A DNA stretch of 64,000 nt from Candidatus Nomurabacteria bacterium (lineage in GTDB: Bacteria; Patescibacteriota; Minisyncoccia; Phycocordibacterales; UBA9973): NCBI GenBank assembly GCA_003155695.1, contig PMDZ01000006.1, positions 20,007 to 84,006 of the forward strand, read 5' to 3'. A program made the translations under genes and the position numbers. How positions within the stretch are numbered: position 1 is the first letter of the stretch; each line of letters opens with the position of its first letter. Below are positions 1 to 10,290 of the stretch, in pieces. Under the pieces are notes generated by a model, which was not told the origin of the DNA, did no database searches, and saw nothing but the letters and a program-made list of their open reading frames with translations.

Positions 1-1
1 A

Positions 2-244
2 AAAGAAGATGGTACAGTGTACGATGTAATGAATATCTTGCAAAATGACAAGGAAAATAATTTTTCTTTTGTTTCAAAAGAATATTCAGGTCTTGGTATT
101 TTTATTGATGAGATAAACGGAATTAAAGGTGTTGCGGGTAAATATTGGGTTTACTCCGTCAATGGCGAAAAAGCATCAATTTCCGTTTCTAAATATATTC
201 TTAAAAACGGCGACAATGTTTTGTGGGAACAAAAAGAATTTTAA
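2..244 (+). CDS. DUF4430/transcobalamin C-terminal-like domain protein (5' partial)
   Basis: Frame is open from the window edge; G.FI..INGI, YW.YSVNGE.A..SVS.Y.LK.GD.V.W pattern. Confidence 0.7.
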   Translation, partial: KEDGTVYDVMNILQNDKENNFSFVSKEYSGLGIFIDEINGIKGVAGKYWVYSVNGEKASISVSKYILKNGDNVLWEQKEF

Positions 245-308
245 ATAAAAATTTTGATATCCCCGTAGTAGATTTTGAAAAAAATTCACTACGGGGTATA
301 CTGGTTCA

Positions 309-689
309 ATGCAAACAAAAACGAAATTCATTATATTTATAGTCCTAATAATTGTAATAATCGGAGGTTTTGGCGTCTATACTGCTTTAAAACCGCAACC
401 GCCAAGCAAATTGGATGGTTTTGCCCAGTGTCTGAAGGCTAGTGGTGCAGAGTTTTATGGAGCATTTTGGTGCCCTCACTGTCAGGAACAGAAAGCAGAA
501 TTTGGAACATCTACTCAATATCTACCGTATATAGAGTGCTCTAATGCCGATAATTCTCAGAAACAAATTTGTATTGATAAAAAAATAGAAAGTTACCCAA
601 CTTGGATTTTCAAAGATGGCTCAATTCAAACCGGGAAATTATCGCTAGAGACTCTAGCCGGGAAGACGGGGTGTACCTTACCTCAATAA
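309..689 (+). CDS. Membrane-anchored thioredoxin-like protein (VKOR-associated Trx type)
   Basis: N-terminal TM; YGAFWCPHC, YIEC, YPTW motifs. Confidence 0.85.
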   Translation: MQTKTKFIIFIVLIIVIIGGFGVYTALKPQPPSKLDGFAQCLKASGAEFYGAFWCPHCQEQKAEFGTSTQYLPYIECSNADNSQKQICIDKKIESYPTWIFKDGSIQTGKLSLETLAGKTGCTLPQ

Positions 690-693
690 TAAT

Positions 694-1251
694 ATGCCCG
701 CTTATTTAGAAACAGTAAATAAAATCCTTTCACTTGGAACAATTTTCCTCCAGGTGCTTATCCTTGTTTTAATTGTTAATCTGGTTTTTATTCGTCATCG
801 TAATAATAAAGTTTTACTTTTCTTTAAGAAATATACATTTTATTTTGGATTTATTGTTGCACTTCTGGCAGTTCTTCTTTCTTTATTTTATTCGGCAGTT
901 GTTGGGTTCCCGGCTTGTGAGCTTTGTTGGGTAGAAAGAATTTTCTTATACCCTCAGTTAATTCTTTTTAGTATGGAATTATACAAACGCGACCGTTCAA
1001 TTGTCGATTTTAGTATTGTCTTTGCAATTCTAGGAACACTTACTTCCATATATCATGTCTATGTGGAAAATGGGGGCGCAAGCAATCTTGCTTGTACAGT
1101 AACCAATCCATTAAATCCCGGCGTTGTCTCTTGCGCCGTTAGATATGTTTACGAATTTGGCTACATCACGATACCGATTATGGCTCTTACAATATCATTA
1201 TTTATAATTTCACTACTTCTGAATTATAAGTATATGTCTCATATGGAATAA
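694..1251 (+). CDS. dsbB: Disulfide bond formation protein, DsbB/BdbC family
   Basis: Multi-TM; CELCWVERIFLYP motif and a second Cys pair; adjacent to Trx gene. Confidence 0.85.
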   Translation: MPAYLETVNKILSLGTIFLQVLILVLIVNLVFIRHRNNKVLLFFKKYTFYFGFIVALLAVLLSLFYSAVVGFPACELCWVERIFLYPQLILFSMELYKRDRSIVDFSIVFAILGTLTSIYHVYVENGGASNLACTVTNPLNPGVVSCAVRYVYEFGYITIPIMALTISLFIISLLLNYKYMSHME

Positions 1252-1297
1252 AATTTAGCCTCTTCACCACACTTATTTTTAATGTTATAATTATGGT

Positions 1298-3043
1298 GTG
1301 AAAAGCGAAACCAAAACCTGCCAGAATTGCAAAAAAGACTTCATCATTGAGCCGGATGACTTTTCGTTCTACGAAAAAATCAAAGTTCCGCCGCCGACTT
1401 TCTGCCCCGAATGCAGAATGATTCGCAGAATGTCTTTTCGTAACGAAAGAACTATTTATAAAAGAAAATGCAACCTTTGCAATAAAGATATTGTCAGTAT
1501 TTATCGCCCTGATAGCCCTTTTATTGTTTATTGTTATGAGTGTTTTTATGGTGATAACTGGGATTATTCCAAATATGGTGTGGATTATGATTTTGATAAA
1601 TCATTTTTGAAACAATTCAGTGATTTAATTTTGAGTACACCGAAATTGGCAAATCAAGCAAGTAATAATCTTGTTAATAGTGAATATACGAATCACGTAG
1701 AATCGTTGAAAAATTGTTATCTTTTATTCGCTTCTAGAAATAATGAAGAGTGTATGTATTGTACACATGTTAATTATTCGAAAAATTTGATGGATTGCTA
1801 TAGAGTTTCAAAAAGTGAACTTTGTTACCAATGCGTTGATTGTGACAACGGTTATAATTTAAAATATTCTATTCAGTCGCAGTCTTGTGTTGACAGCTGG
1901 TTTTTGTTTAATTGTCGAGGCTGTACGGACTGCTTTTTAAGTTCGAATTTGATAAATAAGTCGTATTGTATTAATAATGAACAATGTACGAAAGAACAAT
2001 ACCAAGATTTTATGAAAGAATTGCTGACTGGAAATCATCAAACCGTTATTGATTTTCTTGATAAATTTAATATATTAAAAATGAATACAATCAGAAAATC
2101 TTCCGAAGGTGTTAATAATATCTTTTCTTCGGGTAATTATCTGAAAAATACGAAGAACTGCAAAAATTGTTTCGATATTTCCGATTCTGAGGACTGCAAA
2201 TTCTTAGGATATTGCAACAATGCTAAAGATGTAATGGATGGTTATGCCATTTATCCAACAACCGAATTTTCTTATGAAGTAGTCGGGGCAGGTGTAAATG
2301 CTTTCGGTAATCTGTTTTCATATTTACCCTGGGAAGGAGCTCTCAATCTGGTTTATTGTATAAATGCTTTTCCAGACTGTAAAAATTGTTTTGGATGTAC
2401 TCAAATAAGACATAAACAATATTGTATTTTGAACAAACAATATACAAAAAAAGAATATGAAGAACTTGTTCCGAAGATCATTAAACACATGAATGATATG
2501 CCATATGTAGACAGTAGGGGAATAGTATATAAATACGGAGAATTTTTTCCAAGCGAATTAAGCCCATTTTATTACAACGAAACTATTGCCCAAGAGTATT
2601 TCTCGTTAAAAAAAGAACAAGCTATATCACAAGGACATAAGTGGAAAGAGAAAGAAGACAGAAACTATAGTATTGATATACAAAATAAAGATATTCCTTA
2701 TGATATAAAAGATGTAAAAGATAATATATTAGGCAAAGTCATTGAGTGTGCTCACAAGGGAGAATGTAATCAACAATGCACTGAAGCTTTCAGAATTATC
2801 CCTGAAGAATTACAATTTTACAAAAGAATGAATTTACTCTTACCACGTCTTTGCTCAAACTGTCGGCACTATGAAAGATTATTGGAAATGAATCCAATGA
2901 AACTTTGGAAGAGGGAATGTATGTGCAACAAAACCAGTCATAGTCATAAAGGTAAATGCACAGTTGAGTTTGAAACAAGTTATGCTCCCGAGCGACCGGA
3001 AATTGTTTATTGTGAACGATGTTATCAGCAGGAAGTTTATTGA
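1298..3043 (+). CDS. Cys-rich protein of unknown function, paralog 1
   Basis: 581 aa; N-terminal CxxC...PPPTFCPECR, repeated CxxC/NC motifs, C-terminal YCERCYQQEVY; similar to 3626 and 14905. Confidence 0.85.
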   Translation: MKSETKTCQNCKKDFIIEPDDFSFYEKIKVPPPTFCPECRMIRRMSFRNERTIYKRKCNLCNKDIVSIYRPDSPFIVYCYECFYGDNWDYSKYGVDYDFDKSFLKQFSDLILSTPKLANQASNNLVNSEYTNHVESLKNCYLLFASRNNEECMYCTHVNYSKNLMDCYRVSKSELCYQCVDCDNGYNLKYSIQSQSCVDSWFLFNCRGCTDCFLSSNLINKSYCINNEQCTKEQYQDFMKELLTGNHQTVIDFLDKFNILKMNTIRKSSEGVNNIFSSGNYLKNTKNCKNCFDISDSEDCKFLGYCNNAKDVMDGYAIYPTTEFSYEVVGAGVNAFGNLFSYLPWEGALNLVYCINAFPDCKNCFGCTQIRHKQYCILNKQYTKKEYEELVPKIIKHMNDMPYVDSRGIVYKYGEFFPSELSPFYYNETIAQEYFSLKKEQAISQGHKWKEKEDRNYSIDIQNKDIPYDIKDVKDNILGKVIECAHKGECNQQCTEAFRIIPEELQFYKRMNLLLPRLCSNCRHYERLLEMNPMKLWKRECMCNKTSHSHKGKCTVEFETSYAPERPEIVYCERCYQQEVY

Positions 3044-3156
3044 AAAATGCTTGCCCCCGTAGTGAGCTTTGCCCTACTGCCGGGGTTATCATAATGAGGT
3101 ATTGTAACTATCAAGCCGAGATAGTTTAAGATTATTAACTAATAAAATTTAATTGT

Positions 3157-3582
3157 ATGCTTTTTGAATCAGTCGACAAAGAATCAAAAAATATTGTTTT
3201 CGTTTATACGACATGTTCTGGTATTGAAGAGGCAAGGTCAATAGGGCTCTCTGCCGTCGAAGAGAAGCTGGCTATTTCTGTGGATTATTGGCCAGTTAAT
3301 TCTATATATCCATGGCAAAATGTTATTAAGGAGATAGACCAATGTATGCTCATTTTTTCGACCCAAAAAATATTGAGTGATAAATTAATGAAACATATAG
3401 AGGCAGAACATTCATATGAAGTCCCAATGGTCATACGCTCAGATATGAAGATAACCAACCAGCCTTATTCTTTCTGGGTAGATAATACATTATCAAACAA
3501 AGATAAATATCTTACCGAAGAAGAATATGAACACAAAAAGAAAGAAGAAGAGGGAGGATATCAATATGATAAACTGAAGTAA
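3157..3582 (+). CDS. cutA: Divalent-cation tolerance protein CutA family
   Basis: VFVYTT...EEA..I...VEEKLA, SIYPW, HSYEVP motifs. Confidence 0.8.
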   Translation: MLFESVDKESKNIVFVYTTCSGIEEARSIGLSAVEEKLAISVDYWPVNSIYPWQNVIKEIDQCMLIFSTQKILSDKLMKHIEAEHSYEVPMVIRSDMKITNQPYSFWVDNTLSNKDKYLTEEEYEHKKKEEEGGYQYDKLK

Positions 3583-3625
3583 TTACGAATTACGAATTAA
3601 TAATTACGAATTCAGGATTAAAATT

Positions 3626-5332
3626 TTGGAAAACAAACCAGAAAAAAGAATATGCCAGAATTGCAAGAAAGACTTCACTATCGAGCCGGAGGATTTTAAT
3701 TTTTACGAAAAAATCAAAGTTCCACCACCGACTTTTTGCTGGGAGTGTCGTCATCAGCGAAGACTAAGTTTCAGAAACGAAAGGATGTTTTATAAAAGGA
3801 ATTGCGGTTTGTGTGGAGAAAGTGTCGTGTCTCGTATTTCTCCAGATAAAAAATACCCAATGTATTGCCAAAAATGTTGGTGGAGCGACAAGTGGAACCC
3901 ATCAGATTACGGTCAAGAATATGACTTTTCAAAAACCTTTTTCGAACAATGGAAGGATTTATTTTTTAAGGTTCCTAGTATTCCGATGATTAATTCAAAC
4001 TCGGTTAACAGCGACTGGGTTAATCAAGAAACAGATGATAAAAATTGTTATTTGAATGTTGGAGGTCATTATAACGAGGATTCAGCTTACAATACATATG
4101 AAATATACGGAAAAAATTGTTTCGATGGTTACTGGATTTTAAATTGCGACCATTGTTCCAATTGCATACATTGCGAGAGAAGTTATTTTTCAAATTTTTC
4201 CGAGGAATGTCACGAGTGTTTATATACAAATTTTTCTTACGATTGCCGCAATTGTGACCATATGATCGGTTGTGCAGGACTCCGAAATAAAAAATATTAT
4301 ATATTTAATAAACAATACGAGAAAAAAGAATATGAAAAATTTTTAGAGGAACATCCATTTTCTTCCAATACTGGAGTTCTTTGGTGGATAAATGAAAGTC
4401 AAAAGATTTGGCTAAAATCTCCTCATCGAGAAAATATGATATTTAAAGCTACCAATTCTACCGGTAATGATTTATCTGAAGTAAAAAATTCCCATAATTG
4501 TTTTCAAGGAACAAATCTGGAAAACTGTAAAAATTCATTTATTTGCGGTTGGATGAAAGATACTCATGACAATAGTTCTCATGGAGCAGCCGAATTAGCA
4601 TATGAATGTGCACATGGTGGTGGATGTTACAATTCGAAATTTTTATTATATTGTATGGCAGGTGATCCTCTGAAAAAAATCAATCTTCACAATATTGAAT
4701 ATTCTGCGGCAGTTCTAAGCTCCAGCAATTGTTTTGGTTGTGTTGGCGTTCATGGGGGAGAATATATGATACTTAACCGCAAATATTCCAAAGATGAATA
4801 TAGTGAGTTATTGCCTAAAATTAAACAACACATGAATGATATGCCCTATGTCGATAAAAAGGGGAGAATCTATAAATATGGCGAATTTTTTCCAAGTGAA
4901 TTTTCTCCATTCGGTTATAATGAAACAACAGCAGAAGAATATATAAAATTAGAAAAAGAAGAAGTGCTCAAACAAGGTTATAACTGGAGTGATTATACTT
5001 CGGATGTGAAATATGAATTTTCGGATTATGTGATTCCCGATGATATTAAAGATGTTGGTGATGATATATTAGATAAAATTCTTAAATGCGAAGAAACTGG
5101 CAAAGCTTATAAAATAATCGAGATGGAGCTATCTTTCTATCGTCAGCTTGGGTTACCAATACCGCGTAAATCTCCACTTGCCCGCCACAAAGAAAGAATT
5201 TCCAAATTATTACCTTTAAAAATATTTAAAAGGAAATGTGATTTTTGTAAAAGAGAAATAAATACCTCATATCCTCCGGAACGTCCTGAAATTATATATT
5301 GCAAAAAATGTTATCAAAACGAAGTATACTAA
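3626..5332 (+). CDS. Cys-rich protein of unknown function, paralog 2
   Basis: 568 aa, TTG start; same terminal motifs as paralog 1. Confidence 0.8.
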   Translation: MENKPEKRICQNCKKDFTIEPEDFNFYEKIKVPPPTFCWECRHQRRLSFRNERMFYKRNCGLCGESVVSRISPDKKYPMYCQKCWWSDKWNPSDYGQEYDFSKTFFEQWKDLFFKVPSIPMINSNSVNSDWVNQETDDKNCYLNVGGHYNEDSAYNTYEIYGKNCFDGYWILNCDHCSNCIHCERSYFSNFSEECHECLYTNFSYDCRNCDHMIGCAGLRNKKYYIFNKQYEKKEYEKFLEEHPFSSNTGVLWWINESQKIWLKSPHRENMIFKATNSTGNDLSEVKNSHNCFQGTNLENCKNSFICGWMKDTHDNSSHGAAELAYECAHGGGCYNSKFLLYCMAGDPLKKINLHNIEYSAAVLSSSNCFGCVGVHGGEYMILNRKYSKDEYSELLPKIKQHMNDMPYVDKKGRIYKYGEFFPSEFSPFGYNETTAEEYIKLEKEEVLKQGYNWSDYTSDVKYEFSDYVIPDDIKDVGDDILDKILKCEETGKAYKIIEMELSFYRQLGLPIPRKSPLARHKERISKLLPLKIFKRKCDFCKREINTSYPPERPEIIYCKKCYQNEVY

Positions 5333-5366
5333 ATAATTACTAATTATATATGGTATAATAAAAGAT

Positions 5367-7124
5367 ATGCATGTTGATGAAAAAGTAATTATAGACCTTC
5401 TCAATGATTCCGGATTAGTCACCAAAACAGATATTTCTGTCGCTCTTAAAAAATCTAAGGAAACCAACCAGCCACTCGGTTCGGTTTTGGTCAGTAACGG
5501 TAAATTGACCGAGAAAGACTGGAATAAAATTCAAGCGGTAGCTCTTGGCATTCCGTTCGTCAGTTTGGAAGGAGAGAAGATTGACCCGAACGTTTTAACT
5601 TTGATTCCCGAGCCGATTGCTCGAAATAATAATATTATTGCTTACAAAAAAACCAGTATTGGTTTGGAAGTGGCTATGCTTGATGTCGAGAACCTTCCGG
5701 TTATAGATTTTATTAAAAAGAAAGTTGGCACGCGCATTCTTCCCAGAATAACGAGCTCGGCTTCCATAAAAGAAGCCCTTAATCAATACAAGAAAAGTCT
5801 GCAAGCGGATTTTGAGGATATTATTAAAAAAGAAAGTAGCTCCATTAAGCCAGTAAAAGAAAGTGGCCCAGGTTCCGAAGAAAAATCTGAAAAAGAATTG
5901 AAAGAATTGGCCGAGGATTTGCCGATTGTTAAAATTGTAGACACTCTTATCTCGCACGCTATTACTCAAGGAGCTTCGGATATTCATATTGAACCGGAGG
6001 AAGAATCACTCATTGTTCGCTATCGTATTGACGGTATTTTGCATGATGCCATGGTACTACCCAAAGATACATCGTCAGGAATTGTCGCCCGTATTAAAGT
6101 CCTATCCAATCTAAAACTTGATGAGAAACGTCTTCCGCAAGATGGGCGTTTCAAAATCACAAACGACCAAGGCAATGTTTCTTTCCGTGTCTCGACTCTT
6201 CCGACATATTACGGCGAGAAAACTGTTATCAGAATTCTGCGGGAAAACGCCAAAGGTTTTTCTCTGGAAGGGCTTGGTTTCCACGGTGAAGCCCTGGAGA
6301 GAATCCATGACGGGATGAAAAAACGTACGGGCATGCTCCTTTGCGCCGGGCCGACCGGTTCCGGAAAGACGACAACCCTTTATACGATGCTCGATATTTT
6401 GAATACTCCTGATGTGAATATTTCAACCGTTGAAGACCCTATTGAATATCAAATGGCCAGAATTAATCAAACTCAGACGAAAGCGGAAATTGGGCTGACT
6501 TTCGCCAATGGTTTGCGTACACTACTACGTCAGGACCCTGATATAATCATGGTCGGAGAAATTCGTGACGGAGAAACAGCTTCGCTTGCCATAAATGCTT
6601 CACTCACCGGACATCTGGTTCTCTCGACTATTCACACTAACTCCGCGGCTGGAGCCATCCCTCGTATGATTGATATGGGGGTTGAACCATTCTTGATTGT
6701 TTCAACAGTTAAGACGGTTATTGCCCAGAGATTGGTCCGATTACTTGCAGAGGGGAAAGAAAAATATTTTTTAAGTGATATAGAAATGAAAGCCTTGGAA
6801 AAAGTGGTAGACCTCGACCGCGTTCTTGGATTTTTAAAATTGGAAAAAATTGTTGATGAGAATGCAACTTGGGACAAAATTCCATTTTATAAACCAAAAG
6901 GAAGCGAGGAATCAAAAGATGGCTTTAAGGGGCGTATCGGAATTCATGAAGTTCTTAAAGTGACAACGACTATTAAAGAAATGATTTTAAAGGGCTCGTC
7001 TGTAGATGAAACAGAAAAGATGGCAAAAAGTGAAGGAATGATGACAATGCTTGAAGATGGCATATTCTTGGCGGCCCAAGGTTTGACTTCGACGGAAGAA
7101 GTTCTTCGTGTTGTTTCGGAATAA
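5367..7124 (+). CDS. pilB: Type IV pilus assembly ATPase, PilB/GspE family
   Basis: GPTGSGKTTT Walker A, TVEDPIEY, LRQDPDIIMVGEIRD, TGHLVLSTIHTN. Confidence 0.93.
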   Translation: MHVDEKVIIDLLNDSGLVTKTDISVALKKSKETNQPLGSVLVSNGKLTEKDWNKIQAVALGIPFVSLEGEKIDPNVLTLIPEPIARNNNIIAYKKTSIGLEVAMLDVENLPVIDFIKKKVGTRILPRITSSASIKEALNQYKKSLQADFEDIIKKESSSIKPVKESGPGSEEKSEKELKELAEDLPIVKIVDTLISHAITQGASDIHIEPEEESLIVRYRIDGILHDAMVLPKDTSSGIVARIKVLSNLKLDEKRLPQDGRFKITNDQGNVSFRVSTLPTYYGEKTVIRILRENAKGFSLEGLGFHGEALERIHDGMKKRTGMLLCAGPTGSGKTTTLYTMLDILNTPDVNISTVEDPIEYQMARINQTQTKAEIGLTFANGLRTLLRQDPDIIMVGEIRDGETASLAINASLTGHLVLSTIHTNSAAGAIPRMIDMGVEPFLIVSTVKTVIAQRLVRLLAEGKEKYFLSDIEMKALEKVVDLDRVLGFLKLEKIVDENATWDKIPFYKPKGSEESKDGFKGRIGIHEVLKVTTTIKEMILKGSSVDETEKMAKSEGMMTMLEDGIFLAAQGLTSTEEVLRVVSE

Positions 7125-7251
7125 TGGATGAATCCCGTACGAGATCCACATGTTATCTTTTACAGAATAGTTAAAAATAATTATAAGGTTTATATTATAA
7201 ACAATAAATTAGTAAGAAACGTCCCATCTTTGAGGGACTATCTCGTACGGG

Positions 7252-8466
7252 ATGAAATTTAAATATAAAATACAAAATAAAAATAATGAAATAATGGAAG
7301 GAATTATTGAATCTCCCGATAAGTTTACTTTGGCCAGGGAATTGCGGGAAAAAGGAAATACTCCGATTTCGATAGAAGAGGTCAAAGAAAAAGAAGGAAT
7401 TTTATCGGTGAAGTTAAGTTTTTTTTCGAGAGTTTCTCTCTCGGAAAAAATCATGTTTACCAATAATTTAAGCGGAATGTTAACGGCTGGACTTTCTTTG
7501 AGTCGAGCATTATCAATATTGGAAAAACAATCGACCAATCATGCTCTCTGCGATATACTGCGTGGACTGGAAGAAGATATAAGCAAAGGTAACTCTCTTT
7601 CGGAGGGAATGAAAAAATTTCCCAAAATTTTTTCCGGAATTTTCGTTCCAATGGTTCATGCAGGAGAAGAATCCGGTAATTTGCCAAGCACACTGACCGA
7701 AGTTGGTATAAGTCTTAAGAAATCCTACGATTTGAATAAAAAAATAAAAGGAGCGATGACATACCCAGGAATTATTCTTTGTGCCATGATAGTAATCGGT
7801 ATATTTATGATGATTTATGTTGTTCCAACTTTGACCAAGACATTTAAAGATTTAGGAACTGAATTACCGACATCGACAAAAATAATTATTTGGATTTCCG
7901 ATACTATTAGTCAGCACATAATCCTATTCTTCGCGATAATAGTCTTTGTTATCATAGGTATTGTTTTACTTTCCAAACTTAAACTGGTCCAAAGATATTT
8001 TGACCGTATCATTTTATATATTCCGGTTATCGGGAATATAGTTAAAGAAGTTAATACTGCTCGCACAGCAAGGACAATGTCGTCGCTTTTATTATCGGGT
8101 GTCAGCATTTCAAATTCTTTATCGATAACGGAAGAAGTTCTTCAGAACGTTCATTACAAGGAACTGATTCATAAATCAATCGGGTCCATAGAAAAAGGAA
8201 TGGTTTTATCCGCTTCATTTAAAGAAAATATTTTTCTGTATCCAATCATGATGGGTGAGATGGTTGAAGTTGGAGAAGAAACCGGTAATCTGTCAAAAAT
8301 GCTTTTGGATATTGCCAATTTTTATGAAAATGAAGTAGATAATAAAACCAAAGACTTATCGACGATTATTGAACCGGTATTGATGCTTATAATCGGTGCA
8401 GTTGTCGGAATTTTTGCTGTCTCAATGATAAAACCGATGTATTCGGTTATGAATAATATTAGCTAG
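7252..8466 (+). CDS. pilC: Type IV pilus platform protein, PilC/GspF family
   Basis: AGEESGNL, VGEETGNL, IEPVL motifs; 3 TMs; follows pilB. Confidence 0.92.
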   Translation: MKFKYKIQNKNNEIMEGIIESPDKFTLARELREKGNTPISIEEVKEKEGILSVKLSFFSRVSLSEKIMFTNNLSGMLTAGLSLSRALSILEKQSTNHALCDILRGLEEDISKGNSLSEGMKKFPKIFSGIFVPMVHAGEESGNLPSTLTEVGISLKKSYDLNKKIKGAMTYPGIILCAMIVIGIFMMIYVVPTLTKTFKDLGTELPTSTKIIIWISDTISQHIILFFAIIVFVIIGIVLLSKLKLVQRYFDRIILYIPVIGNIVKEVNTARTARTMSSLLLSGVSISNSLSITEEVLQNVHYKELIHKSIGSIEKGMVLSASFKENIFLYPIMMGEMVEVGEETGNLSKMLLDIANFYENEVDNKTKDLSTIIEPVLMLIIGAVVGIFAVSMIKPMYSVMNNIS

Positions 8467-8470
8467 TTAG

Positions 8471-10285
8471 ATGATAAATTATTTTAAAATAAAAAATAAA
8501 AAAAATGGATTTACATTAGTGGAAACATTAGTGGCGACGGCTATTTTTGTCTCTATCTCGGTTGGAATATATGTAGGGCTAATGAATATTTTAAAAATAA
8601 TGAATATAATCCGGACAAAAAATATAATGACGGATATTGCCAATGAACAGTTTGAAATTGTCCGAAATTTGCCATATAGTAGCGTGGGCACAGTTAGTGG
8701 AATTCCTTCCGGTATTCTTTCCCAAAGTAAAACAATTAATCGTGATAATAAAGTTTTCGATGTGGATACTGTGGTTCGTAATTTTGACGACCCGTTTGAT
8801 GGCACTTTTGACGGGACTCCCAAAGATACATCTCCGGCAGATATGAAGATAATAGAATTGACGATTGCATGTACTTCATGCGACGATACTTTAGCCCCGA
8901 TCTCTTTTACGACAAAAGTTGCGCCGAAAAATCTTGAAACCACTTCCGTAGATGGGGCAATTGTTGTTAAAGTTTTCGACTCGTCGGGATTGCCTGTCGG
9001 TGGTGCTAGTGTTAATGTTGTAAATAATAGTATTACTCCCGCTGTAAATATAAACGATGAAACCGATGTAAATGGAATGTATACAATTGTTGATGCTCCT
9101 CCGTCGGTTGGTAGTTATCAGATTATCGTTACTAAAGACGGGTATTCTACTGACCGCACTTATCAAACTGGAGGAACCGGTAACCCGGCGCATCCAACTA
9201 AACCAAACCTGACTGTCGTTGTTCAACAAATTTCGCAAATGTCCTTCACAATAGATCAAACCAGCACTATTGATTTTTCCAGTATAAATAGTCAGTGTGT
9301 GGCAACTCCGGGTTTTGATTTTACTTTGTCGGGAAGTAAATTAATCGGAACAAATCCTAACACTCTCAAATACTCCAATTCGCTTGTGACAGACAGTTCA
9401 GGACTGCTAACTTTACCTAATGTTGAATGGGATACATATAACATTACCGGTATTGATAGTGCTTATGATATTATCGGAACCAATCCGCTTTTATCACTCG
9501 GTATCAATCCCAATGTTGAACAAAATATGCAGATTATTACCGCTCCCAAAAATGGCAGAAGGCTTTTGGTTGTAGTGAGAGACCAATCTACCGGGTTGCC
9601 TATTTCCGACGCTACTGTTGCTGTCACTGGTCCAAGTAGCTATTCGCAAAGTTATACTACAAGCCAGGGATTTTTGACTCAAACAGATTGGTCCGGGGGA
9701 AGTGGACAAACCTCCTTTGGAAGCGCAAATAAGTTCTTCGATTCGGACGGTAACATTGATTATAGTTCTTCGCCTGGGAATTTAAGCTTGAAAAAACTAA
9801 GTAATTATGTTCCGAATGGCTATCTCACTTCGTCTACTTTCGATACAGGTTCGGCAAGTAATTTTAGACAAATTATTTGGAGTCCGGCAACGGAACCATC
9901 TCAAACAGGAACATCAAGTGTTAGATTCCAAATCGCTACAAACAACGATAATGCCACATGGAATTTTACCGGGCCTGATGGAACTTCATCCACATATTAC
10001 AGTTCCGCCAATCAAAATATAAGTTCAACCAATAACGGACAAAGATATATCCGCTATCGGTTGTATCTCTCTACTTCAAACCAATCATATACTCCGACTA
10101 TATCGGATATTTCCTTCACTTATACTTCAGCTTGTATCCCTCCCGGACAAGTATCTTTCTCTGGTCTTGCTTCCGGTAGTTACGGTATTTCTGTGACAAA
10201 AACCGGTTATCACAGTACGTCAAAAAATATAACAATTGCAAGTGGAGATAGCTGGGTCAAGCAAGAAATTACGATTTCGCCATAA
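8471..10285 (+). CDS. Large prepilin-type protein with carboxypeptidase-regulatory-like beta domains
   Basis: KKNG|FTLVE class III signal peptide; Ser/Thr-rich beta-sandwich repeats. Confidence 0.85.
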   Translation: MINYFKIKNKKNGFTLVETLVATAIFVSISVGIYVGLMNILKIMNIIRTKNIMTDIANEQFEIVRNLPYSSVGTVSGIPSGILSQSKTINRDNKVFDVDTVVRNFDDPFDGTFDGTPKDTSPADMKIIELTIACTSCDDTLAPISFTTKVAPKNLETTSVDGAIVVKVFDSSGLPVGGASVNVVNNSITPAVNINDETDVNGMYTIVDAPPSVGSYQIIVTKDGYSTDRTYQTGGTGNPAHPTKPNLTVVVQQISQMSFTIDQTSTIDFSSINSQCVATPGFDFTLSGSKLIGTNPNTLKYSNSLVTDSSGLLTLPNVEWDTYNITGIDSAYDIIGTNPLLSLGINPNVEQNMQIITAPKNGRRLLVVVRDQSTGLPISDATVAVTGPSSYSQSYTTSQGFLTQTDWSGGSGQTSFGSANKFFDSDGNIDYSSSPGNLSLKKLSNYVPNGYLTSSTFDTGSASNFRQIIWSPATEPSQTGTSSVRFQIATNNDNATWNFTGPDGTSSTYYSSANQNISSTNNGQRYIRYRLYLSTSNQSYTPTISDISFTYTSACIPPGQVSFSGLASGSYGISVTKTGYHSTSKNITIASGDSWVKQEITISP

Positions 10286-10290
10286 ATATT

